Source of the DNA: Gemmatimonadales bacterium
GTDB taxonomy: Bacteria > Gemmatimonadota > Gemmatimonadetes > Gemmatimonadales > GWC2-71-9
DNA: 64,000 nucleotides
Direction of reading: 5' to 3'
NCBI GenBank assembly: GCA_035574255.1
Contig: DATLYZ010000079.1
Coordinates: forward strand, 35,390-99,389
Made by a program: the position numbers and the translations under genes. This document shows positions 18,350 through 26,635 of this stretch, one piece after another; position 1 is the stretch's first letter; the number at the start of each line of letters is the position of its first letter. A model generated the notes under the pieces. The model was not told the origin of the DNA and did not search any database. It saw nothing but the letters and a program-made list of their open reading frames with translations.

Positions 18350-19251
18350 GAGGCGCTCGCGGCGGCCAGGGGCTCCACCCCGGCCTCCCGGAGCGCGGCG
18401 AGCAGCGGGCCGCGCCGACTCTCGGAGAGCGGGACCAGCGGGAGCCGGAGCACGTTGCGGATCCGCCCCATGGCCGCGAGCGCCGCCTTGACCGGGCCGG
18501 GATTGGTCTCGATGAAATTGGCCTCGAGCAGGGGGAGGACCCGGTAGAGAATCTCGCGCGCTTCCGCCAGGCGTCCCAGCCGGGCAAACCGGACCAGCCG
18601 GGTCATGTCGCGGGGGATCTCGTTCGCCGCCACCGAGATCAGGCCGTCGCCGCCGGCCGCGATGATCGCGAGCGTCATCCAGTCCTCGCCGGACAGGACC
18701 GCGAAGCCGGCGGGCCGCCCCAGGAGCAGATGTTGCACCTGGGCCAGATCGCCCGACGACTCCTTGATCCCGGCGATGTTGGGGTGGGCGGCGAGCCGGA
18801 GCACGGTGTCCGGCTTCAGGTTCACGGCGGTGCGGCCGGGCACGTTGTAGAGGCAGACCGGCACCCGGGATGCCTCCGCCACGGCGCGGAAGTGCCGGTA
18901 GAGCCCTTCCGGGGTCGGCTTGTTGTAATAGGGGGTCGCGGAGAGGATCCAGGTGACGCCCAGCGCGCTGATGCGCCGGGCCTCGTCCGCCGCCTGGGCC
19001 GTGTCGTTGTGAGTGGCCCCGGCCATCACCGGCACCCGGCCGGCCGCCACCTCGACCACCGTCGCCACGACCTTCTCCCGCTCCGCCGCGCTCAGGGTCT
19101 GGGCCTCGCCCGTGCTGCCGCACGGGACCAGGAAATCGATCCCCTCGCTGATCTGCCATTCCACCAGCTCGCGCAGCGCGGGGTAATCCACCGCACCGCC
19201 ATCCGAGAACGGCGTGACCAGCGCCGTCCCGCATCCGCCCAGTGTCGTCAT
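18346..19251 (-). CDS. dapA: 4-hydroxy-tetrahydrodipicolinate synthase
   Basis: GTALVTPF...GIDFLVPCGSTGE...YNKP...LYNVPGRT. The ATG at 19251 abuts the dapB stop. Confidence 0.9.
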   Translation of the reverse strand: MTTLGGCGTALVTPFSDGGAVDYPALRELVEWQISEGIDFLVPCGSTGEAQTLSAAEREKVVATVVEVAAGRVPVMAGATHNDTAQAADEARRISALGVTWILSATPYYNKPTPEGLYRHFRAVAEASRVPVCLYNVPGRTAVNLKPDTVLRLAAHPNIAGIKESSGDLAQVQHLLLGRPAGFAVLSGEDWMTLAIIAAGGDGLISVAANEIPRDMTRLVRFARLGRLAEAREILYRVLPLLEANFIETNPGPVKAALAAMGRIRNVLRLPLVPLSESRRGPLLAALREAGVEPLAAASAS

Positions 19252-19946
19252 AGCTCGTCTCCGAAGAGCATCTGCTCGAAGGTGAACACTCCCCTGCGCC
19301 CCCGAATCCATTCAGCCGCCGCCAGCGCACCCGCGGCGAATGCCTCCCGGCCCCGGGCCTCATGGCTCAGCCGGATGGTCTCGTGCGGGGCATCGTACCC
19401 GATCATGTGCGTCCCTGGGAGATACCCGGCGCGGATGGACGTGATGGGGAATGCCCGCGCCGGGTCCGACTTTCGGAGCCCCTCCTGCAGGCGCCTGGCC
19501 GTCCCGCTCGGCGCGTCCGCCTTGGCGGCATGGTGCGCTTCGGTGATCCACGCGTCGAACTCGGCGCGGCCCGCCAACCGCGCAGCGAGATCGCGCGCGG
19601 CGCGGAGGAAGAGCTGGACACCGAGGGAGAAGTTGGGACTGTGGAGGAGGGCACTGTGGTGGGCGGTCACGGCGGCGACGACGAGCGGCAGCTCGGACAG
19701 CCATCCGGTCGTCCCGGTGACCGCAGGGATGCCGAGCTCAGCCAATCGGAGCAGGTTGGCCACGGCGGCTCGGGGCCCGGTGAATTCCAGGGCCACTTCG
19801 GCTCCGCTCAGCCGCTCGGGCGTGATCGCCCGCCCCCCCGGGTTCTCCGCGCCGGTCACCACGGCCACGACCTCGTGCCCGCGCTCGGCCGCCAGCGCCT
19901 CGAGCGCGCGTCCCATCTTCCCGTGACCGATCAGCGCCAGGCGCAT
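19248..19946 (-). CDS. dapB: 4-hydroxy-tetrahydrodipicolinate reductase
   Basis: MRLALIGHGKMG...FTGP...TGTTG...SPNFSLGV...EAHHAAKADAPSGTA. Confidence 0.9.
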   Translation of the reverse strand: MRLALIGHGKMGRALEALAAERGHEVVAVVTGAENPGGRAITPERLSGAEVALEFTGPRAAVANLLRLAELGIPAVTGTTGWLSELPLVVAAVTAHHSALLHSPNFSLGVQLFLRAARDLAARLAGRAEFDAWITEAHHAAKADAPSGTARRLQEGLRKSDPARAFPITSIRAGYLPGTHMIGYDAPHETIRLSHEARGREAFAAGALAAAEWIRGRRGVFTFEQMLFGDEL

Positions 19947-19962
19947 GGCGGGTCGGACCTCG

Positions 19963-21015
19963 TCAATCGAGCCAGCCGCGGGCCACCAGGAGCTCCGCGT
20001 TCTGGATCGCGGCCCCCGCGGCCCCGCGGACGGTGTTGTGGCTCAGGAGCACCATCCGGACGTCGAGCAGCGGGCAGGGGCGAATCCGCCCGACCGTCAC
20101 CGCCATCCCGCGCCCGCGGTCCAGGTCGAGCCGGGTCTGCGGCCGGTCGGGGCGAGGGTCCACCTCGACGGGCCGCTCCGGGGTGGAGGGCAACGCCGCC
20201 ACCTCCGGAGGCGGGCGGAAGTCCGCCAGCACGGTCTCGACCTCGGCGGGCTCCACCCGGCGGGCAAAACCCAGCGACACGACTTCGAGGTGGCCGTCCA
20301 GGGTGGGGACCCGGTTCGCGTGGACGCTGGCGGCGACCGCGGCGTCGCTCACCCCGGTTCCCGTCAGTCGCCCCAGAATCTTCCGGGTCTCCCGTTCGAT
20401 TTTCTCTTCCTCCCCGGCAATGTGGGGAATCACGTTGCCCAGGATATCGAGCGAGGGAACCCCCGGGTAGCCGGCTCCGGAGACGGCCTGCATGGTCGCC
20501 ACGAACATGCGCTCGAGACCGAAGGTCCGGTGGAGCGGGGCGGCCGCCAGGACCAGGCCCGCCGTGGAGCAGTTCGGGTTCGCCACGATCCCGCCGGACC
20601 ATCCGCGTCGCCGGCGTTGCTCGCGCAGGAGCTCGAGGTGGTCCGGATTCACCTCGGGGACGAGGAGCGGCACGTCGGGCTCCATCCGGTGGGTGCGGGT
20701 GTTGGTCACCACGAACATGCCCCGAGCGGCGAACGCCTGCTCCAGGGGGCCGGCCACGTCGGCGTCGAGAGCCGAGAACGCGATCCGTCCCGGGAGGCCC
20801 GGTTCCGTGCGCCGCACCGGCAGCGCGGCCACCTCGGGGGAAAGCCGCGTGGGTTCGCGCCAGCGTACCACCTCGCCGTAAGGCCGGCCGGCACTCTGAT
20901 CCGACGCGGCCACGGCGGCGATCTCGAACCAGGGATGGTCCGCCAGCAACCGGACCAGCTTCTGGCCCACGGTTCCGGTTGCGCCGAGGATGGCGACGGG
21001 GACTCGGCTCGGCAT
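19963..21015 (-). CDS. asd: aspartate-semialdehyde dehydrogenase
   Basis: VAILGATGTVGQ...NPNCSTAGL (active-site Cys). The 350 aa length fits. Confidence 0.9.
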   Translation of the reverse strand: MPSRVPVAILGATGTVGQKLVRLLADHPWFEIAAVAASDQSAGRPYGEVVRWREPTRLSPEVAALPVRRTEPGLPGRIAFSALDADVAGPLEQAFAARGMFVVTNTRTHRMEPDVPLLVPEVNPDHLELLREQRRRRGWSGGIVANPNCSTAGLVLAAAPLHRTFGLERMFVATMQAVSGAGYPGVPSLDILGNVIPHIAGEEEKIERETRKILGRLTGTGVSDAAVAASVHANRVPTLDGHLEVVSLGFARRVEPAEVETVLADFRPPPEVAALPSTPERPVEVDPRPDRPQTRLDLDRGRGMAVTVGRIRPCPLLDVRMVLLSHNTVRGAAGAAIQNAELLVARGWLD

Positions 21016-21037
21016 CGGCCTCTCAGGTCAGGGGTGG

Positions 21038-21074
21038 AAAAAACGAAAACCCCGCCGCAGGTCACGCGGCGGGG
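21038..21074 (-). terminator. strong intrinsic terminator 22 nt upstream of the asd start codon
   Basis: RNA CCCCGCCGC-gugaccu-GCGGCGGGG followed by UUUUCGUUUUUU. Confidence 0.75.
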
Positions 21075-21099
21075 TCAGGTTCACGGCACGGACACGCGC

Positions 21100-21153
21100 C
21101 TAGGACCGTCGCTCGCCGCGGCGGGGGAGAGACTTGGTCGTACGCTTGCCCAT
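21100..21153 (-). CDS. candidate short ORF MGKRTTKSLPRRGERRS (leader peptide or small basic protein)
   Basis: ATG...TAG read by hand, ending 25 nt before the terminator. No obvious SD. An in-frame upstream ATG would give 29 aa. Confidence 0.2.
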   Translation of the reverse strand: MGKRTTKSLPRRGERRS

Positions 21154-21362
21154 GATGTACGGGCTTGCGGGGCGTCGCAGGGATACCATGGAAAGTCAAT
21201 TTAGGCGAGGATGGTCCGGGAGACAAGGGAGGCTTCGCCCTCCCCGCGCCGTGACAGGGGCGCGTGACGGCGCGCCCGGGCCGGGCCTTCCCGTCACCCG
21301 CTTGCCCCCCGTCATCCTGCGCCCTCGTCAGCCGCTTGGGCCCCGTGCGCCCGCGGCTCCGT

Positions 21363-21468
21363 CCCCCCCGCGCCCCCTGTCACCCAGCGCTCACTGTCAC
21401 CCCTGCGCCCCCTGTCCCCCCCGCGCCCCCCGTCACCCAGCGCTCACGGTCACCCCCGCGCCCCTCTA
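21363..21468. repeat. two about 49 bp direct repeats (53 bp period) made of unpaired GTCACCC half-sites
   Basis: CCCCCCCGCGCCCCCTGTCACCCAGCGCTCACTGTCACCCCTGCGCCCC versus CCCCCCCGCGCCCCCCGTCACCCAGCGCTCACGGTCACCCCCGCGCCCC. Confidence 0.8.
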
Positions 21469-21513
21469 GTCACCCCCGCGAAAGCGGGGGTCCACGCCTG
21501 CCGCGGCAGGTGG
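21469..21513 (+). repeat. REP-like palindromic element, variant copy
   Basis: GTCACCCCCGCGAAAGCGGGGGTCCACGCCTGCCGCGGCAGGTGG. It has two hairpins and the same layout as the copies at 49.7 and 49.97 kb. Confidence 0.7.
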
Positions 21514-21524
21514 ACGGCGCCGCG

Positions 21525-21690
21525 TCCTGGATGCCCGCTTGCGCGGGCATGACTCGGCGGGGGGGCATCCTGGATGCCCGCTTTCGCAGGCATGACTCGT
21601 GGGGGGGGGGCGTTCTGGATGCCCGCTTGCGCAGGCGTGACTCGGCGGGGGGCTGCGTTCTCGATGCCCGGTTGCGCGGGCATGACAGCG
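21525..21690 (-). repeat. tandem array of four REP-like palindromic units (43-45 bp period)
   Basis: Hairpin cores ATGCCCGCTTGCGCGGGCAT at 21531-21550, with variants at 21574-21593, 21619-21638 and 21664-21683. The reverse complement reads GTCATGCCCGCGCAAGCGGGCATCCAGGA. Confidence 0.85.
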
Positions 21691-21711
21691 TGGAGCGCGA
21701 CGGCGCCCCCG

Positions 21712-22737
21712 TCACGCCCGGTGCGACTGCTGCTCCAGCAGGTGGCGCGTGAGCCGCACGTAGAGCTCCACCCCTCGCAGCAACTCCCGCTTGGCGACTC
21801 GCTCTTCGGCCGTGTGCGCCACCAGGATGCTGCCGGGACCTAGCTGATAACCCGCCCCCCAGGCGCCGAGGAACACCAGGTCGCTCGCGAAGCTCACGAC
21901 CGTCGTCTCCCAGCCGGGCGGCGGAGGAACGGGGTTCCGGTAGGCCGGTAGCTCGGCGCCGAACCGGATCTCCACGCCGGGACCGGCACAGCCCGCGATC
22001 CGGGTACGGAGCTCGTCCGAGGGCCCGACCAGCCGGAACAACAGTTCCGCGCGGGCGCTGGGAGCCAGCACATTGGGGGCGACGCCTCCCTCGACGATCC
22101 CGATATTGAGCGTGCCGAGACCGAGCAGCGGATCCTCGGGGAGCGGGAGGCGGCGCAGCCGGTCCAGGGTATCGAGGAGCGCGTGAACCGCGGAGCGACC
22201 CTGTTCCGGGTAGCCCGAGTGCGCGGCCCGCCCGGCGGCCTCGACGATCACCTTGAGCGACCCCTTCTGACCCAGGCTCAGGCGGTTGTCGGTGGGCTCG
22301 CCGTTGATGAGAAACCGGCCCTTCGGCTCGAGCTCCTGGGCTCGCCGGGCTCCATCCGAGCCGTTTTCCTCGCCGACCAGGAAGAGCAGCCCGACACGCC
22401 GCTCCCCCTCGGCGGCCAGGCGCTCGGCCGCGGCCACCATCGCGGCGGCGATGCCCTTGGCGTCCGAGCTGCCGCGGCCGTACAGCCACTCGTCGTCCTC
22501 GCGCAAGGGGACGTAGGGCGGCACGCAGTCGAGGTGAGTGGAGAGCACGACCCCGGGGGCCTCGCGCCAGGCGTAGAGATTGTCGCGCCCGGGCGTTACC
22601 GGCTGGCGGATGACACGATACCCCCGCTTCTCGAGGAGCCCCGCCAGCAGGTCAACGGCGGGCCCCTCGGCGAAGGTCGGCGTTTCGAGTTTCACCAGCT
22701 CGCGCGTGAGCGCCAGGGGGTCAATCGTCACGTCCAT
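21712..22737 (-). CDS. M20 family metallopeptidase (ArgE/DapE-like deacylase)
   Basis: LSTHLDCVP...GRGSSDAKG...LFLVGEENGSDGA...AAHSGYPEQGRSA. Confidence 0.85.
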   Translation of the reverse strand: MDVTIDPLALTRELVKLETPTFAEGPAVDLLAGLLEKRGYRVIRQPVTPGRDNLYAWREAPGVVLSTHLDCVPPYVPLREDDEWLYGRGSSDAKGIAAAMVAAAERLAAEGERRVGLLFLVGEENGSDGARRAQELEPKGRFLINGEPTDNRLSLGQKGSLKVIVEAAGRAAHSGYPEQGRSAVHALLDTLDRLRRLPLPEDPLLGLGTLNIGIVEGGVAPNVLAPSARAELLFRLVGPSDELRTRIAGCAGPGVEIRFGAELPAYRNPVPPPPGWETTVVSFASDLVFLGAWGAGYQLGPGSILVAHTAEERVAKRELLRGVELYVRLTRHLLEQQSHRA

Positions 22738-22989
22738 CTCCCGCCATCCCGGCCATACCTGACCTTCCCTCGTGCCTTGCCTGGTGGCTTGCCCGGTCCA
22801 CTTGGCCCCGGCTCATCGCGGGGTGACCGGACCAGATCGAACAGCACCGTCCGGCCGGCGACAGGCGGTGGCCACTTCCCTGATACCCTGCCACGGTGCG
22901 CCTGGCACCCCGCCGCGGTCCGTCCGTTGCCGCGCGGGCGTAAGTCTCCTGCTTCCGCAAAGGTCACCGGGGGGCGCCGGCCTCGCCCT

Positions 22990-23014
22990 GTCATGCCTGC
23001 GAAAGGCCGCATCC
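22990..23014 (+). repeat. degenerate REP-like element copy
   Basis: GTCATGCCTGCGAAAGGCCGCATCC. The 3' arm has decayed. It sits immediately beside the 3' end of the MFS gene. Confidence 0.4.
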
Positions 23015-23020
23015 GGACGA

Positions 23021-24343
<1,323 letters not shown>

Positions 24344-24380
24344 CGGGGCGGCCCTCCAGGCGGCGGCGCTCGGCTCCCGC

Positions 24381-24429
24381 CGGTCAGCGGTGAACGGTCA
24401 AGGGTGAACGGTACCCGGCCAACGGTGCC
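24381..24429. repeat. seven tandem heptads CGGTNAN (minus strand NTNACCG)
   Basis: CGGTCAG CGGTGAA CGGTCAA GGGTGAA CGGTACC CGGCCAA CGGTGCC, lying 38 nt upstream of the MFS start codon. Confidence 0.8.
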
Positions 24430-24615
24430 ATGCCGCGGTCCCGGATCCCTCGCGGTGCGAGTCCCGGGGCGGGGACCGGGCCGTGACAACGATAGCCATC
24501 AGGCGACGCGCCGGAAGCCCGCCCTGGTCTCGACCGGCCGCCTGACGCCCGGTCCCTGGCGCCGGACCGCGCGGGGCCCGCGGCGCGACCCCGGATCTCG
24601 CCTTCGGGTCGCTGT

Positions 24616-25551
24616 TCAGCGACTGGCGCCCTCGCCCGCCGGCTTGGGTGCCGTGCGGAGCGACGCGGCCACCGCCGTGGCGAGGATGAGCAGGATGACC
24701 ACGAGCGAGAGCGCCGTCGGCACCTTGACCCAGGGGCTCGAGACCATCTTGGCGCCGACGAACACGAGGATGAGCGCCACCCCCGGCTTGAGGTGGCGGA
24801 ACCGGTCCATGGCGCCGGCCAGCACGAAGAACAGGGCGCGCAGGCCCAGAATGGCGAACAGATTGGAACTGTAGACGATGAACGGATCGCGGGTGATCGC
24901 GAAGACGGCGGGGATGCTGTCGATGGCGAAGACGACGTCGCTCCATTCCACCACCAGCACCACGAGGAAGAGCGGCGTTGCCATCCAGCCCCGCCAGGAT
25001 CGCACGAAGAAGCGCTGCCCCTCGTACGCGGGCGTGACGGGGAAGACCCGCCGCGCCAGCCGCACCAGCGGGTTCCGCTCCGGCTCGATCCGCTCCTCGT
25101 GGCCGCGGAACATCCGGAGGCCGGTGAGGAGCAGGATCGCCCCGAACACGTAGACGATCCAGTGGAACCGCTGCAGCAGCAGCACGCCCGCCACGACCAT
25201 GATCAGCCGCATGATCATCGCTCCCAGGATGCCCCACTTGAGCACCCGCGGCTGGAGCGCGGCGGGAACCGCGAAGTACTGGAAGATGATCAGGAAAACG
25301 AAGAGGTTGTCAACGCTGAGGGAGAGCTCGACCAGATAGCCGGCGAAGTATTCGAGGGCCGGCTTGGGCCCCGACTGCCAGAGCAGGAACCCGCCGAAGC
25401 TGAGCGCGAGCAGAACGATCCCGGCGCTCCACGCCAGGGCCTCGCGCGGGGCGAGGACGTGGGACCGGCGATTCAGGATGCCCAGGTCGAGGACCATGAG
25501 GCCCCCGACCAGGGCGCCGAAGGTGATCCAGACCGCCGGCTCGTGGCCCAT
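24616..25551 (-). CDS. terC: TerC/Alx family integral membrane protein
   Basis: YLVELSLSVDNLFVFLIIF and a second ...EWSDVVFAIDSIPAVFAIT repeat. The start abuts the htpX stop (TAAATG). Confidence 0.9.
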   Translation of the reverse strand: MGHEPAVWITFGALVGGLMVLDLGILNRRSHVLAPREALAWSAGIVLLALSFGGFLLWQSGPKPALEYFAGYLVELSLSVDNLFVFLIIFQYFAVPAALQPRVLKWGILGAMIMRLIMVVAGVLLLQRFHWIVYVFGAILLLTGLRMFRGHEERIEPERNPLVRLARRVFPVTPAYEGQRFFVRSWRGWMATPLFLVVLVVEWSDVVFAIDSIPAVFAITRDPFIVYSSNLFAILGLRALFFVLAGAMDRFRHLKPGVALILVFVGAKMVSSPWVKVPTALSLVVILLILATAVAASLRTAPKPAGEGASR

Positions 25552-26388
25552 TTATCGGCCGGCGGCCATTGCCTCCAGCCGGGCCACGCGTTCCGCTGTG
25601 GGCGGGTGGGTGCTGAAGAGCCGCGCGACGGCGCCCTGGTGCGCCGCCAGCGGGTTCACCTGCGCCAGCGGGGCGGCTGCCGGTGCCACGTCCATGGGGA
25701 TCCGCCGGGCGTACGCATCGAGCCGGCTGAGCGCGCTGGCCAGCGACCGGGGGCGTCCCAGGATCTCGGCCCCGACCCGATCGGCCTCGAACTCCCGCTG
25801 GCGCGAGACCGCGAGCTGGATCAGCATGGCGGCGATCGGCGCCAGGACCATGAGCACGAGTTCGGCAAGCGGATGGCGGTCGTCGTCACCCCGCCCCCCC
25901 GCAAAGAGGATGAGCCAGGGCAGGTTGCTGATCATCCCCGCCAGGCCGGCCGCAATGGTGGTGATCAGCATGTCCCGGTTCTTGATGTGGGCCAGCTCGT
26001 GCGCGATCACCGCTTCGATCTCCTCCGCCGGGAGCAGGCGGAGGATCCCCTCGGTGACGCAGACCACCGCTCGGCTCGGGCTCCGCCCGGTCGCGAAGGC
26101 GTTCGGCTGCTCGTGCGGGGCGACCGCCACGACCGGCATCGGAAGGCCGGCTCGCTGGCGCAGCCGGTCCACCATCCGATAGAGGGCTGGCGCGTCCTGC
26201 TCGCTCACCGGCTGGGCCCCGTACATCCGGAGCACCAGTCGGTCCGAATAGAAGTACATGCCGAAGTTCATGGCGAGGCCGAGGATGGAGCCCCAGAGGA
26301 GGCCGCTGGTTCCGCCCAGCACCTGGCCGGCGGCCATCAGCAGGGCCACGAGCCCGGCCATGAGCAGTGCCGTCTTCAAGTTATTCAT
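25552..26388 (-). CDS. htpX: M48 family membrane protease HtpX
   Basis: ATG at 26388 (MNNLKTALLMAG), preceded by AGGAAGAG. HELAHIKNRD zinc motif, plus NAFATG. Confidence 0.9.
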   Translation of the reverse strand: MNNLKTALLMAGLVALLMAAGQVLGGTSGLLWGSILGLAMNFGMYFYSDRLVLRMYGAQPVSEQDAPALYRMVDRLRQRAGLPMPVVAVAPHEQPNAFATGRSPSRAVVCVTEGILRLLPAEEIEAVIAHELAHIKNRDMLITTIAAGLAGMISNLPWLILFAGGRGDDDRHPLAELVLMVLAPIAAMLIQLAVSRQREFEADRVGAEILGRPRSLASALSRLDAYARRIPMDVAPAAAPLAQVNPLAAHQGAVARLFSTHPPTAERVARLEAMAAGR

Positions 26389-26419
26389 CGTCTCTTCCTG
26401 GACAGTCCCGATACAGGTT

Positions 26420-26598
26420 CCCCAAACACATCGGGCGAGACCTCCGGTGCGGGCCGCGATGTCCGCGGCCCGCACCGAAGGTCTCGCCCGAACGATGCCC
26501 ACGCATCATCCCGCCGCACCGTGCGCCGGAGCTTCTCGCCGCGCAGTCCTGACGATGGGGCGGTCCGCCCGAACGGCGGATGAGCTACTCCCCTTCAG
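26420..26598 (-). ncRNA. yybP-ykoY (Mn2+) riboswitch with terminator expression platform
   Basis: The minus-strand RNA contains GAAGGGGAGUAGC (26584-26596), which matches the invariant GGGGAGUAG core. The 3' strand GCGAGACCUUC (26477-26487) closes P1 (GAAGG/CCUUC) after a GAUGC-gugg-GCAUC hairpin, the same layout as the L. lactis aptamer as I recall it. The 3' strand is also part of a 28 bp terminator stem (26431-26491) followed by UGUGUUUGG. A TerC gene lies downstream. Confidence 0.75.
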
Positions 26599-26606
26599 CG
26601 CCGCGT

Positions 26607-26635
26607 ATTCTAGCTGGTCGCTTGGCCTCGGTCAA
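26607..26635 (-). promoter_or_regulatory. sigma-70-type promoter of the riboswitch-htpX-terC unit
   Basis: Minus strand TTGACC, 17 nt spacer, TAGAAT, ending about 10 nt before the aptamer 5' end. Confidence 0.5.

Noticed and set aside
21076-21260. Lysine riboswitch (L-box) upstream of asd-dap.
   Set aside because: I could not find the conserved AGAGGCGC / GCCGAAGG-type core. The region between the promoter-like AT patch and the terminator is also shorter than a typical L-box.
21601-21610. G10, G9 (48683-48691) and other homopolymer runs as phase-variation switches in general.
   Set aside because: A rough expectation from about 36% G and 36% C predicts a few runs of 10 or more per 64 kb. Only the tract inside the secreted-protein gene (30988-30998) is kept as a low-interest finding.
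21290-21700. Possible CRISPR array, suggested by regularly spaced repeats.
   Set aside because: The period is only 43-53 bp and the whole unit is repeated. There are no unique spacers, no cas genes and no leader. The units are hairpin REP-like elements also found singly elsewhere.
21134-22489. ORFs 21134-21469(+), 21264-21752(+) and 21470-22489(-), which run through the repeat field.
   Set aside because: Their sequences are translations of the tandem palindromic units (repeated PA.AGMT / PAQAGIQ strings) or lie antisense to the M20 peptidase gene.
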